Assembly: GCA_041649435.1 (NCBI GenBank)
Contig: JBAZNB010000003.1
Coordinates: forward strand, 29,041 to 93,040
Source: Minisyncoccota bacterium
Lineage (GTDB): Bacteria; Patescibacteriota; Minisyncoccia; Minisyncoccales; Minisyncoccaceae
Direction: 5' to 3'
DNA length: 64,000 nt
Part shown: one piece after another, positions 19,089-29,079 of the stretch
Layout: each line of letters begins with the position of its first letter
How positions within the stretch are numbered: the stretch's first letter is position 1
Translations under genes and position numbers: made by a program
Notes under the pieces: generated by a model
The model's input: only the letters and a program-made list of their open reading frames with translations
Databases searched by the model: none
What the model was told of the DNA's origin: nothing

Positions 19089-20294
19089 TCCAATGCGACA
19101 AAAACTTTTTTTACCCACTTGAACGACAGTCCCTTTTTTGATTTCTATTTCTTCTTTCCAATCTTTTTTGATTTCTATTTTCTTTTCAAAAATAAATTTT
19201 ACTCCGCCTTGCTCAATTACTCTCCTTGCCTCGCCTTTTGACTTAGTTAAATCCAATTTTAAAAGCAACTCTAAAATATCTAATTTTTTTTCTTTAATTT
19301 TAGTTTCTTTTATTTTTGTTGGTAAATTTCCTTTTTCAAAAACTTTTTCAAATTCTTGCTCTGATTTTTTTGCCGCTTCTTTTGAATAAAAATCTTCAAC
19401 AAGGGCTCGAGCTAATATTTTTTTAATCTCTTTAGGATTTACTTTCTTTTCTTTTAATTGTTTTTCTATTTTTTTAATTTCTTTCAAAGGGACTCTTGTG
19501 CAACATTCAAAATAGTCGACAATTAAATCATCTTTGATAGACATTATTTTATTAAACATAATTTCTGGTTCGTCGGAAATATTAATAACATTGCCCCAGC
19601 TAGTTGACATTTTCCGCCCATCTAATCCATAAATCATTTTAACGGTCATTATGTTTTGAGGAGGCATTCCAAAATATTTTTGGACGTCTCTTCCTGTTTT
19701 TAAATTAAATAATTGATCAAATCCTCCAAGCTCAACATCAGCGCTCACGGCCACAGAATCGTATCCTTGCAAAATAGGATAGAACATTTCATGAAGTCCG
19801 ATTGGCTTGCCATCCTCCCATCTTTCTTTAAAATTTCGACGTTGAATCATTTGCTGAGCAGTAAAATTCATAGACAAAGATAAAAGAGTGTGGAGCTTTA
19901 AAACTCCAAGCCATTGTTCATTGTAATAAACTTCTGTTTTTTTTAAATCTAAAATTTTTCCAATTTGAGGTAAATAATCTTGTAAATTCTTTTCAATCTC
20001 TTCTTCGGTTAAGGGCTGGCGCAAAGAATCTTTATCAGAAGCATCTCCAATTTGAGCAGTAAAATTACCAATAATTAAAATAATTTTATGCCCTAAATTT
20101 TGGAAATCTCTTAATTTTAACAAGGCTGTTGCCCGTCCGAGATGAATTTTGGGCCCGGTTGGATCCACTCCAAATTTTATATTAAGCCTTCGGCCAGAGA
20201 GTAGTTCTTTTTTTAAAGATTTTTTATCAATAATATCTTCTGTCCCTCGCGTTAAAATTTCTTCTATTATTTTTGGATTAGTATTGATTTTCAT
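19086..20294 (-). CDS. tyrS: tyrosyl-tRNA synthetase (class I, with C-terminal S4 domain)
   Basis: HIGH-like KIHLGRAT, KMSKS-like RKMSTS, and C-terminal S4-like EARRVIEQGGVKF. TyrRS is preferred over TrpRS because of the S4 domain and the ~400 aa length. Confidence 0.7.
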   Translation of the reverse strand: MKINTNPKIIEEILTRGTEDIIDKKSLKKELLSGRRLNIKFGVDPTGPKIHLGRATALLKLRDFQNLGHKIILIIGNFTAQIGDASDKDSLRQPLTEEEIEKNLQDYLPQIGKILDLKKTEVYYNEQWLGVLKLHTLLSLSMNFTAQQMIQRRNFKERWEDGKPIGLHEMFYPILQGYDSVAVSADVELGGFDQLFNLKTGRDVQKYFGMPPQNIMTVKMIYGLDGRKMSTSWGNVINISDEPEIMFNKIMSIKDDLIVDYFECCTRVPLKEIKKIEKQLKEKKVNPKEIKKILARALVEDFYSKEAAKKSEQEFEKVFEKGNLPTKIKETKIKEKKLDILELLLKLDLTKSKGEARRVIEQGGVKFIFEKKIEIKKDWKEEIEIKKGTVVQVGKKSFCRIG

Positions 20295-20383
20295 AATTTG
20301 ATAATAGCTTAAAAAATAATGTTTGCCAACACTTTAAAATATTGATTATTGGCCCCTCTAGTGGTATATATAAATATAAGAAT

Positions 20384-22405
20384 ATGCCAAAAGCAAATAA
20401 AAGACTTGGGGTTTCTGTAGCTATTGGAACAAGGCCCAATAAAGAAATTAAAAATAAAAAAACCGAATTAAAACCAAAGCCCAAAAAAAAGAGGGGTATT
20501 TTTTATAATCTTTTTAAAATTTTGGCTCTTTTTTCTCTTTTTATAATTTTTTGCGGAATAATGTTTTTTTTCTGGATTATTAGAGACTTGCCTCGGCCAG
20601 AAGTTTTTACCGAAAACAAAATGGTAGAATCTACAAAAATATATGATCGAACTGGCGAAATTCTTTTGTCTGATATTTATAATGAAGAAAAAAGAACTTA
20701 TGTTTCTTTGTCTCAAATTCCTGATATTTTAAAAAATGCAGTAATCGCCACCGAAGATCATCGTTTTTATAATCATTTCGGTATTGATGTTGCCGGCATT
20801 GTTAGAGTAATTATTTCTAATGTAAAAACCGGAAACGCCCATGGAGCATCTACAATTACCCAACAATTAATTCGTTCAACATTTTTAACTCCTGATAAAA
20901 AAATAAATCGAAAAATAAAAGAAATTCTGCTTTCTATAGAGTTAGATCGGCAATATTCGAAAGACCAAATTTTGGAATGGTACCTTAACCAGGTTCCTTT
21001 TGGAGTAAACATATATGGAGCCGAAGAGGCCTCGATGACATATTTCAAAAAGCCTGTTCAAGATTTGGAATTACAAGAAGCAGCCATGCTGGCAGCAATA
21101 ATTCAATTGCCAAGCTATTATTCCCCTTATGGCCAGCATTTTGATGAATTAATTGCTCGGAAAGATTTTGTTTTACGAAGAATGAGAGAAGAGGGATATA
21201 TCAATCGAGAGCAAGAACAGGCCGCCAAAGAAAAAGAAATAAAAATTTCTAAAAGTAGCCGAAAAATTTTAGCTTATCATTTTGTTGAGTATGTTAAAGA
21301 GCAGGTTGAAGAAATGTATGGAGAAGATTTTCTTCAAACAAAAGGGTTAAGAATTTATACAACCCTAAATTGGGATCTTCAAAAATCAGCCGAAGAAACG
21401 GTAAAAGAAAGTGTTGCCAAAAATAGAGCTAATTATAATGCTTATAATCAAGCCGCAATTATAATGTCTCCAAAAACAGGAGAGGTTTTAGCTATGGTTG
21501 GGTCAGCTGATCCTTGGGCCGATCCTTTGCCAAAAGGATGCGATCCAGCTAAAACTTGCAAGTTTGTGCCCAGTTATAATGTTGCGGTTCAAGCAATCAG
21601 ACAACCAGGGTCCTCGATCAAGCCGATAATTTATGCTTCGGCTTTTCGAAATGGATTTAATGATCAAACTATAATTATCGATGAGCCTACTTGTTTTGGA
21701 ACCTATTGCCCCAATAATTACGATGGCTCATTCCGCGGAGCTTTAACTTTAAGGCAATCGCTGGCAATGTCTTTGAATATTCCAGCCGTAAAAACATTAA
21801 ATGATTATGCTGGATTAAACGAAACCATTAGCCTGGCCCAAACAATGGGTTTAACCACTTTAGAAGACAAATCAAGATATGGATTATCTTTTGCTTTAGG
21901 AGCTGCTGATGTCCGCGTGATTGATATGGCTACGGCTTATAGTGTTTTTGCAAACGGGGGTTATTATCTTGAACCTTCAGTAATTTTAAAAATAGAAGAC
22001 AGTCAAGGCAATCTTTTGTTTAAAAATAAAAAAACCCCCCGAAAAGTTTTGGAAAAAAATGTTTGCGACATGATTACTGATGTTTTGTCTGACAATAACG
22101 CTCGAGCACCAATGTTTGGACAAAATTCTTTACTAAGATTTGATAATTATAAAGTTTCTGTAAAAACAGGAACCACTCAAGATAGCGTAGATGGTTGGAC
22201 GGCTGGATTTACTTCAGAAACAGTGGTTGTTGTTTGGGCTGGAAATAACAATCGAGCGAAAATGTCGTCTATTGGGCTTCAAGCGGCTGGACCAACTTGG
22301 AGATCATTGATTCTAAAATCAATTGAATTAAACAGCCAAAGCAGTCATCAAGAAACTTTCGAACCTGTTGAGCCAGGAACAGAGGTTCCTTTATATCAAG
22401 ATTAA
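20384..22405 (+). CDS. class A penicillin-binding protein (GT51 transglycosylase + transpeptidase)
   Basis: GT51 motif ATEDHRFYNHFGID; transpeptidase SxxK (GSSIKP), SxN and KTG (KTGTT) motifs. Start taken at MPKANK (20384). Confidence 0.85.
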   Translation: MPKANKRLGVSVAIGTRPNKEIKNKKTELKPKPKKKRGIFYNLFKILALFSLFIIFCGIMFFFWIIRDLPRPEVFTENKMVESTKIYDRTGEILLSDIYNEEKRTYVSLSQIPDILKNAVIATEDHRFYNHFGIDVAGIVRVIISNVKTGNAHGASTITQQLIRSTFLTPDKKINRKIKEILLSIELDRQYSKDQILEWYLNQVPFGVNIYGAEEASMTYFKKPVQDLELQEAAMLAAIIQLPSYYSPYGQHFDELIARKDFVLRRMREEGYINREQEQAAKEKEIKISKSSRKILAYHFVEYVKEQVEEMYGEDFLQTKGLRIYTTLNWDLQKSAEETVKESVAKNRANYNAYNQAAIIMSPKTGEVLAMVGSADPWADPLPKGCDPAKTCKFVPSYNVAVQAIRQPGSSIKPIIYASAFRNGFNDQTIIIDEPTCFGTYCPNNYDGSFRGALTLRQSLAMSLNIPAVKTLNDYAGLNETISLAQTMGLTTLEDKSRYGLSFALGAADVRVIDMATAYSVFANGGYYLEPSVILKIEDSQGNLLFKNKKTPRKVLEKNVCDMITDVLSDNNARAPMFGQNSLLRFDNYKVSVKTGTTQDSVDGWTAGFTSETVVVVWAGNNNRAKMSSIGLQAAGPTWRSLILKSIELNSQSSHQETFEPVEPGTEVPLYQD

Positions 22406-22431
22406 AAAAAGCGCAATTCTGCGCTTTTTTA
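22405..22431. terminator. rho-independent terminator after PBP gene
   Basis: agcgca-attc-tgcgct hairpin with flanking A/T runs. Confidence 0.6.
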
Positions 22432-22437
22432 TTAATA

Positions 22438-23577
22438 TTAAATCTTGATCGGCATTACAACATAAAGATAGCTCTGATCTCCAATCGGTTTAATTACGGC
22501 TGGGCCGTTATTCCCTTGCAGTTCAAAAACTATTTCCGAGGCTTTGATATTATCTAATCCTTCTAAAATAAATTTCCAATTAAAAGATATTCTTAATTCT
22601 GATCCCTCTATTTTTGCTGGCAAAGATAAATTACTCTCTCCCATTTCTGAGTCTTGGCTATAAATTTCAATTTCTTTATCTTTAGGATCAATTTTTAAAA
22701 TAGCTTCATTTGTTCTTCCGCCAAAAATACCTGCTGTTTTAATTTGTTTCGCAAATTCATCTTTATTTAAAATTACTTTTGTTTTGGCTTCTTTGGGAAT
22801 AATTTCTTGATAAGACGGATACTCTCCTTCAATCTGACGACTGATTAAGTTTATTTCTGGATGATCGATGCCTGATAAAAATGTTTCAAAAAGAACTTGG
22901 GACTCTGAAGTATAAATTTTTATATCTTTTTCTGTTTCGTTTAAAATGTTTATTATTTCTTTTGCTGTCTTTTGAGGTAAAATAAAAGATATTGGATTTT
23001 TAAATGTATTTTTATATCCTTGTTTTCCTCCAAAAAATAATGTTTTTTCTGCTAAACGAAAACTATCGGTTGCAACTATTTTAACTAAATCTTTTTCAAA
23101 AGAAAAATAAACTCCTGATATCTCTGGTCTAATTTGAGAAACACTAGCAATATTCACAACGCTCATTAATGCTTCTTTTAATTTTCCAGCGTTAATTTCT
23201 ATAAAAAGATCTTTTCCAAAAGAAGGAATAATTGGAAAATCTTCAGCTGATAGTCCTTTAATTTGGGTTTTATAATTTTTCCCCTCAATTACCAAGGCTT
23301 TATTTTTTTCTTTAATGTTTATTTTTTCTTCACCTAAAGATCCAGCGACTTGGTTTAATAATTTAGCTGGAATAGCAATCTTCCCTTCTTTCTCAGTCTT
23401 ACATAATCCCCACCATTGAATCCCTAATTCTAAATCAGTAGAAGATATTTTTAAAAAATTAGGCAAAGCTTCTATTAAAAGATTATCTAAAATTGGAAGG
23501 GTTAAGTTTCGGCCAGTAATTTTTTCTGTAAAGCCGATTCCTTTTTTTAATTCTTTGGTTAAAATAGTGAAGTTCAT
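22438..23577 (-). CDS. dnaN: DNA polymerase III beta sliding clamp
   Basis: 379 aa three-domain clamp architecture located immediately downstream of dnaA. Confidence 0.85.
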   Translation of the reverse strand: MNFTILTKELKKGIGFTEKITGRNLTLPILDNLLIEALPNFLKISSTDLELGIQWWGLCKTEKEGKIAIPAKLLNQVAGSLGEEKINIKEKNKALVIEGKNYKTQIKGLSAEDFPIIPSFGKDLFIEINAGKLKEALMSVVNIASVSQIRPEISGVYFSFEKDLVKIVATDSFRLAEKTLFFGGKQGYKNTFKNPISFILPQKTAKEIINILNETEKDIKIYTSESQVLFETFLSGIDHPEINLISRQIEGEYPSYQEIIPKEAKTKVILNKDEFAKQIKTAGIFGGRTNEAILKIDPKDKEIEIYSQDSEMGESNLSLPAKIEGSELRISFNWKFILEGLDNIKASEIVFELQGNNGPAVIKPIGDQSYLYVVMPIKI

Positions 23578-23856
23578 ATAAGTATTAATATTTTATTTAT
23601 TTAATTTATTTTTATTTTTATTAATTTTATTTTTATTGGGGATAATTTTTTTAAAAACCGATTAATCTTTTATTTTCAAATAAATATCAATTTTTTATTT
23701 TTGGAAAATATGGGGACAAGTTGAAAGATTTTTTGGGATGTATTTTTGGAAAAAACGGGGAAAAATTTTTTAGCAAAATTTTATATTTTTTAAAAATGGT
23801 TTTTTCCTGATTATACCCCCAAATTATAAATGAGTTTTTAACACTTTTTAAACATT
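23578..23856. promoter_or_regulatory. candidate oriC (dnaA-dnaN intergenic: AT-rich unwinding tract plus DnaA-box-like motifs)
   Basis: 23581-23636 is nearly pure A/T. TGGGGATAA (23637-23645) and TGGGGACAA (23711-23719) are one or two mismatches from TGTGGATAA. The same TGGGGATAA occurs upstream of dnaA at 25324-25332. Confidence 0.45.
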
Positions 23857-25251
23857 TTAAGATCCATAAACTCTTTGTAAAATTAATTCTATTTCTTGGT
23901 GAATTTTTTCATCTTCGTCCCAAAGTTTTTCTACTAATTGGCAAGCGTGGATAACAGTTGTATGATCTTTTCCTCCAAATTTTCTTCCAATTTCTGAATA
24001 AGAAAGCCTTAACTCTTTTTTTAATAAAAACATTGCTATTTGCCTTGGTTTACTGAACTCTTTTTTTCGAGAAGAATAAAACATATTTCCGCTAGGGATA
24101 TCATAAAATTGAGTAATTGTTTCTATTATTTTTTTGGGATTAGTAGCTTGGCTTGGAGAAATAATAATTGTTTTTAAAAGTTTTTTTGCGTCTTCTATGG
24201 TTGGATTTTTATTGGTTGATTTTTTAAAAATAATCAAACGGTTTAAAGCGCTTTCCAACTCTCTTACGTTTTTTTGAATGTTATTGGCAATAAAATCAAC
24301 AACTTCTTTATTGAAAACTACCCCTTTTTCTTCTAATTTTTGTTTTAAAATAGCACTTCTAGTTTCAAAATCTGGAATACTAATATCAGCAATCATTCCT
24401 CCTTCAAAACGGGACTTTAATCTTTCTGTTATCGCAGGGATATTATTAGGATGCCGATCAGAAGAAAGAATAATTTGTTTGTTTTTTTGGTATAAAGAAT
24501 TAAAAGTATGGAAGAATTCTTCTTGAGTCTTATCTTTGCCGGCGATAAACTGAATATCATCAACAATTAAAACATCAAGCTCTCGTAACGTTTTTTTTAA
24601 TTCTTCCACATTATTATTTCGAATAGCGTTTACGATAATAGAAATTAATTTTTCAGCCGGAATATAGCGGACCATTTTTTCGGAACAGTTTTCTTTTATT
24701 TTATTTCCAATAGCTTGGATTAGGTGGGTTTTTCCCAACCCCACTCCCCCATAAATAAACAAGGGATTGTAATTTTTACCAGGGTCTTCTACTACTGCTG
24801 TAGCGGCAGCATAAGCAATTTCATTAAAAGGACCAACAATAAAATTTTCAAAAGTATATTTAGGATTAAGGTTCGTTTCTTTATTTGTTTCCAATTCTGA
24901 AAAACCAAGCTGTTCTGTGAAATCATTTTCTTTTTCTGATTGTTTTTTAGAAGAAGATTGTTTTTTATCTATTTTTACTGCGCAAACAGAATAGGAAATA
25001 GTTTTAATGCTTGGATCAAGGTCTCGTAAAATTTTTAAAATATCTTTATTGTATTTTTGTTCGAGCCATTCCTTGCTAAAAGAATTTGGAACAGAAACAA
25101 TTACATTATCTTTTTCAATTGCTGATATTTTTGTGTTGGCAAACCAAGTGGCAAAGTTAGCCGATGATATATTTAATTGAAGTTGGGCTAAAACAGCCTG
25201 CCATAATTGTTCTGCTTCCATAATTAATATAATGTTATATTTTATATTCAT
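23857..25251 (-). CDS. dnaA: chromosomal replication initiator DnaA
   Basis: AAA+ Walker A GGVGLGKTHL, DnaA box-binding domain IV (IGRKFGGKDHTTVIHA). Confidence 0.95.
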   Translation of the reverse strand: MNIKYNIILIMEAEQLWQAVLAQLQLNISSANFATWFANTKISAIEKDNVIVSVPNSFSKEWLEQKYNKDILKILRDLDPSIKTISYSVCAVKIDKKQSSSKKQSEKENDFTEQLGFSELETNKETNLNPKYTFENFIVGPFNEIAYAAATAVVEDPGKNYNPLFIYGGVGLGKTHLIQAIGNKIKENCSEKMVRYIPAEKLISIIVNAIRNNNVEELKKTLRELDVLIVDDIQFIAGKDKTQEEFFHTFNSLYQKNKQIILSSDRHPNNIPAITERLKSRFEGGMIADISIPDFETRSAILKQKLEEKGVVFNKEVVDFIANNIQKNVRELESALNRLIIFKKSTNKNPTIEDAKKLLKTIIISPSQATNPKKIIETITQFYDIPSGNMFYSSRKKEFSKPRQIAMFLLKKELRLSYSEIGRKFGGKDHTTVIHACQLVEKLWDEDEKIHQEIELILQRVYGS

Positions 25252-25477
25252 TATAATTTATTCAAGTCAATATAGCAAAAAAGCCTTATAAATAAAGGAA
25301 AAATAAACAGCTTGTTGAAAATCTGGGGATAAATTGTTAAGAAAATTACTTAGAAAAATTAAAACTAAAATTAAAAATAAAAGACTTTTTAGATAAAGTA
25401 TTAAGAATTTTCTATCTTGACCGAAGCTAATAATATTGCTATATTTTAAATACTTATTATTAATATTATTAATCAAT

Positions 25478-25612
25478 ATGAGTGTTACCTATAATCCCAA
25501 GAAAAAGAAAAGACAAAAAACGCACGGATTTTTAACAAGATCAAAAACTTCCGGGGGGAAAAAAGTCATCAAAAAAAGAAGAGCAAAGAAAAGAGCAAAA
25601 TTAACCGTTTAA
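25478..25612 (+). CDS. rpmH: 50S ribosomal protein L34
   Basis: Found by hand; too short for the ORF track. Translates to MSVTYNPKKKKRQKTHGFLTRSKTSGGKKVIKKRRAKKRAKLTV, classic L34, located upstream of rnpA. Confidence 0.85.
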   Translation: MSVTYNPKKKKRQKTHGFLTRSKTSGGKKVIKKRRAKKRAKLTV

Positions 25613-25644
25613 CGCACCCCGTGAAGACGGGATTTTTGTTATAG

Positions 25645-25977
25645 ATGTTGCCTATTAAACACCGCTTAAAAAAGAAAAAAGATTTTGAAATAATTTTTAA
25701 GCAAGGGAAAAATATAAAAAACAAGCTGTTTTTTTTAAAATTTTTATCAACGCAAAATAATTATTCTCGAATCGGCATTATTGTTAGTAAGAAAATAGCA
25801 AAGCAAGCAGTAAAGCGAAATAAAATAAAGAGGCAGTTAAGGGCGGCTACCAAAAGAGCAATTGAAACTTTTTCTTCTAAAGTAGATATTATTATTATCG
25901 CTCTCCCCCCTATCAAAAAGGCGCGTTATCAAGAAATTGAGCAAAGTATTTCCACAGCATTTAAAAATATAATTTAA
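25645..25977 (+). CDS. rnpA: ribonuclease P protein component
   Basis: 110 aa basic protein; RNR-like motif KIKRQLRAA; position in rpmH-rnpA-yidC synteny. Confidence 0.85.
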   Translation: MLPIKHRLKKKKDFEIIFKQGKNIKNKLFFLKFLSTQNNYSRIGIIVSKKIAKQAVKRNKIKRQLRAATKRAIETFSSKVDIIIIALPPIKKARYQEIEQSISTAFKNII

Positions 25978-25981
25978 AAAA

Positions 25982-26713
25982 ATGAATCCTATTACTATTA
26001 TTTTTGATAATCTTCTTTATCAGCCAATGCTGAATATTTTAATTTGGATTTATGGATTAATTGGCAATTTTGGTGTAGCGATTATTGTTTTAACTTTAGT
26101 GATAAAACTTATTCTGCATCCTTTGAATAAAAAATCTATTCAATCGCAAAAAGCAATGGCAGAAATTCAGCCAAAAATGCAAGAAATCCAGAATAAATAT
26201 AAAAACGACAAAGAAAAACAAGCTTTAGAGTTAATGAATCTTTACAAAAAAGAAAACTTTAATCCTTTTGCTGGAATATTTTTATTATTTTTACAAATCC
26301 CGATTTTAATAGCGCTTTTTTATGTGGTTAAAAACGGCATTGACGTTTCTCAAATTGGGAACTCTCTTTATTCATTTATAAAACTTCCAGAATTCATCTA
26401 CCCTTATTTATTAAATATTAATGGCTATGAAATTTTGGATTTAAGTAAGCCAAATATTTATCTTACTGCCCTAACTGCAGGCGCTCAGTATTTACAAATT
26501 AAAACAGCCACGCCACCAGCTCCAACAAAAACAAAAGAAGGAGAAAGCAACATGACAGAAGTTTCTAATATGATGCAAAAACAAATGGTATTTTTTATGC
26601 CCCTTCTGACCTTTTTTGTTCTTTTTAGCCTTCCCTCAGCAATGGGACTTTATTGGGTTATTTCAACCTTGATTTCTATTTTTGAACAAAAACAATTATT
26701 AAAAAAGAAATAA
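25982..26713 (+). CDS. yidC: membrane protein insertase YidC (short form)
   Basis: 243 aa; conserved hydrophilic-groove helix and position in conserved synteny. Confidence 0.85.
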   Translation: MNPITIIFDNLLYQPMLNILIWIYGLIGNFGVAIIVLTLVIKLILHPLNKKSIQSQKAMAEIQPKMQEIQNKYKNDKEKQALELMNLYKKENFNPFAGIFLLFLQIPILIALFYVVKNGIDVSQIGNSLYSFIKLPEFIYPYLLNINGYEILDLSKPNIYLTALTAGAQYLQIKTATPPAPTKTKEGESNMTEVSNMMQKQMVFFMPLLTFFVLFSLPSAMGLYWVISTLISIFEQKQLLKKK

Positions 26714-26714
26714 T

Positions 26715-27227
26715 ATGATTTTAGACCAATCCCGCTTTTCTTTTAAAGACTCAATCGGATCCGAAGAAGAAAAAATAATTGAAAATATAATTTTAGATTT
26801 TTTTGATGCTGCTGGATATGAAGCGGAAATTCAAAGCATTAATTTAAAACACGAAGGAGAAAATAATGTTTTGCGTGTAAATTTAAATACCGGAGATGCT
26901 CAAATGCTGATTGGAAAACAAGGCATGGTTTTGTCAGATATCCAATTATTGATTAGAAAAATATTAAAAAAAGCATTAAACCAAGAAATATTTTTAAATT
27001 TAGATATTGATAATTATAAAAAGAAAAAAGAAGAATATTTAAGAGATTTAGCCGAAGATATTGCCGACGAAGCTGTTTTTACAAAAAAAATAAAAGAAAT
27101 TCCAATGCCCTCTCCTTTTGATAGAAGGATTGTTCATTTAGAGCTATCAAAAAGAGATGATGTTGTAGTTGAAAGTGTTGGCGAAGGAGAAGAAAGGCAT
27201 ATTATCGTAAAACCAAAAACAGAATAG
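26715..27227 (+). CDS. Jag/KhpB-like RNA-binding protein (KH + R3H)
   Basis: C-terminal R3H motif RRIVHLEL...; follows yidC as in many bacteria. Confidence 0.75.
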   Translation: MILDQSRFSFKDSIGSEEEKIIENIILDFFDAAGYEAEIQSINLKHEGENNVLRVNLNTGDAQMLIGKQGMVLSDIQLLIRKILKKALNQEIFLNLDIDNYKKKKEEYLRDLAEDIADEAVFTKKIKEIPMPSPFDRRIVHLELSKRDDVVVESVGEGEERHIIVKPKTE

Positions 27228-27240
27228 TTAATTAAATTAA

Positions 27241-27266
27241 AATCGCCCTTTCTGGGGCGGTTTTTT
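27241..27266. terminator. bidirectional rho-independent terminator (jag / virB4-like)
   Basis: cgccc-tttct-ggggcg hairpin followed by tttttt. Confidence 0.6.
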
Positions 27267-27267
27267 G

Positions 27268-29070
27268 TTAAGACAATCCATTAGTTTGACGAGACAAACG
27301 ATCTTTTGCTTCTTTTATTTTTAAAACTTCTTCTGGATTAGTGGTAATAATTTGGTCTTCGGTATATGAAGCTCGAATAGCAATAGCAACATGTTTTTGT
27401 CCTGCGAAAAAAATACCCTCCCCCACCGGGGTTTCTAAAAGAAGATATTTTTCTTGATCAGTTAAATTAAATGTTTTTTGGACTAAATCAATACTAGCGG
27501 GACTTTGTTTTAATAATAATTGAATTGAGGAATTTGTAATAATCGGCTTGCCATAAGCAGAACTCATAAAATCAGAAACATCTTGAGTGATTGTTGTTAC
27601 CCCTAGCCAATATTTTCGGGAACGTTTACACATTCCAAAAAGAAAAGAGGCGCCGTCTTCTTCTTTCATCATCCACCAAGCCTCATCAACAACCAAGATT
27701 CTTTTTTTGAAAGTGGTACGAACAGCATTCCAAATATAACGCATAACAATAAACATAGCGATTGGCCTTAATTCATCTTCCATGTCTCGAATCCCAAAAA
27801 CAACCAAATGTTTATCCATGTCTACATTTGAGTAAGCATTAAAAAAAGACGAATAAGTACCACGAGTGAATTTTCTTAATCTTTCTGATAAAGAATCAGC
27901 ATTTTCCATTGTTTCTAAAACCGATTCCAAGTCTGATAAAAGAGGGACGTTTTCTTTCCATTTTTTAGGGTCAGAGCTAATAGTAATGTCTTTAGCAGCA
28001 TAAGTAGCCATAATCGCTTGATCCATAATTGCGTCTTCTTCTGGAGTCATTCCACCGAGCATTATTCTCATTAATCCAACCAAGTTAATAACATTGCCCC
28101 GAAGTACGTCTTCTGGAGTTTCCCCTTCCATCATATCAGGCAAATCAAAAGGATTGATATGGCTATCAGAACTTAAAGATATTCGGAAAAAAGATCCTCC
28201 AACAGCTTCAGCTAAGGGCTTGTACTCATTTTCTGGATCAATGATAATACATTCCGTGCCCATCATCATTGATCTTAAAATTTCCAATTTTACAGCATAA
28301 GATTTTCCAGATCCAGCTTTTGCAAAAATAACCATATTTGGATTTTCCATACTAAAGCGATCAAATAAAACCAAAGAGCTATTATGTTTATTAATTCCAA
28401 AAAGAATTCCTTCATTACTACTTAAATCAAAAGAAATAAAAGGAAACAAACTTGATAAAGGAGAGGTATTAAGAGTGTTGTGGATATTTAAAAGATCTTG
28501 GCCATAAGGAAAACAAGAAATAAGACCTTCTTTTTGTTGGAAAAGCGCAGGCTTTATATAAATAAGACGAGACTCGAGCATTGATCTTAGATTTGTTTCT
28601 ACAAATTCTAATTGTTTTTTATCGTCTACATATACAGTGATATAAAGCCCAAATTTAAACATTTTTTCTTGAGCTGTTTGTAAACTGTCGCGCAAATCTT
28701 CCAGGTCTTGAAAGGCAGTTTCCAAGGCAGGATCTCTAACCAATCCTTTTTCTTGCCTTTCAATAATTTCTGATTGAACCTCGGTGACACTTTTCCTTAG
28801 TTGTTTTAAAATTTCTCCAGTTTCAATAGGGTGGAAATAAAAAGATAAATCAAAAGGGACATCCATATTAATTACCGGAGCAATCCAGCCCATATTTAGA
28901 TAACGCGGATAAGAAAAAACAAAGTATGTTTTACTATATTTTTCTTCAAGCTGAACATAATTTTGAGCAACCTCAATTGAAGACGGAGCAATAATGTCTT
29001 TAAAATCAGTTACTTCGGTTTCAAATAATTTTTTCTTTTTTTCTTCTTTTTTTGCGCCAAATAGGGCCAT
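27268..29070 (-). CDS. VirB4/TrbE-like T4SS ATPase, C-terminal 600 aa part
   Basis: Walker A AKAGSGKS with downstream NPFD; Walker B VVDEAWWM; overall VirB4 (AAA_10) arrangement. It is in-frame with the upstream 214 aa ORF. Confidence 0.7.
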   Translation of the reverse strand: MALFGAKKEEKKKKLFETEVTDFKDIIAPSSIEVAQNYVQLEEKYSKTYFVFSYPRYLNMGWIAPVINMDVPFDLSFYFHPIETGEILKQLRKSVTEVQSEIIERQEKGLVRDPALETAFQDLEDLRDSLQTAQEKMFKFGLYITVYVDDKKQLEFVETNLRSMLESRLIYIKPALFQQKEGLISCFPYGQDLLNIHNTLNTSPLSSLFPFISFDLSSNEGILFGINKHNSSLVLFDRFSMENPNMVIFAKAGSGKSYAVKLEILRSMMMGTECIIIDPENEYKPLAEAVGGSFFRISLSSDSHINPFDLPDMMEGETPEDVLRGNVINLVGLMRIMLGGMTPEEDAIMDQAIMATYAAKDITISSDPKKWKENVPLLSDLESVLETMENADSLSERLRKFTRGTYSSFFNAYSNVDMDKHLVVFGIRDMEDELRPIAMFIVMRYIWNAVRTTFKKRILVVDEAWWMMKEEDGASFLFGMCKRSRKYWLGVTTITQDVSDFMSSAYGKPIITNSSIQLLLKQSPASIDLVQKTFNLTDQEKYLLLETPVGEGIFFAGQKHVAIAIRASYTEDQIITTNPEEVLKIKEAKDRLSRQTNGLS

Positions 29071-29079
29071 AAATTTTTT

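Noticed and set aside
20278-20484. 68-aa ORF overlapping the tyrS start and the PBP 5' region
   Set aside because: It is a hydrophobic low-complexity frame in a promoter-rich spacer, and the PBP start codon lies inside it on the other strand. It is likely spurious.
25267-25476. 69-aa ORF in the dnaA-rpmH spacer
   Set aside because: It lies in an AT-rich intergenic/origin region and translates to an Asn/Leu/Phe-rich low-complexity product. The real rpmH (L34) begins at 25478 on the other strand.
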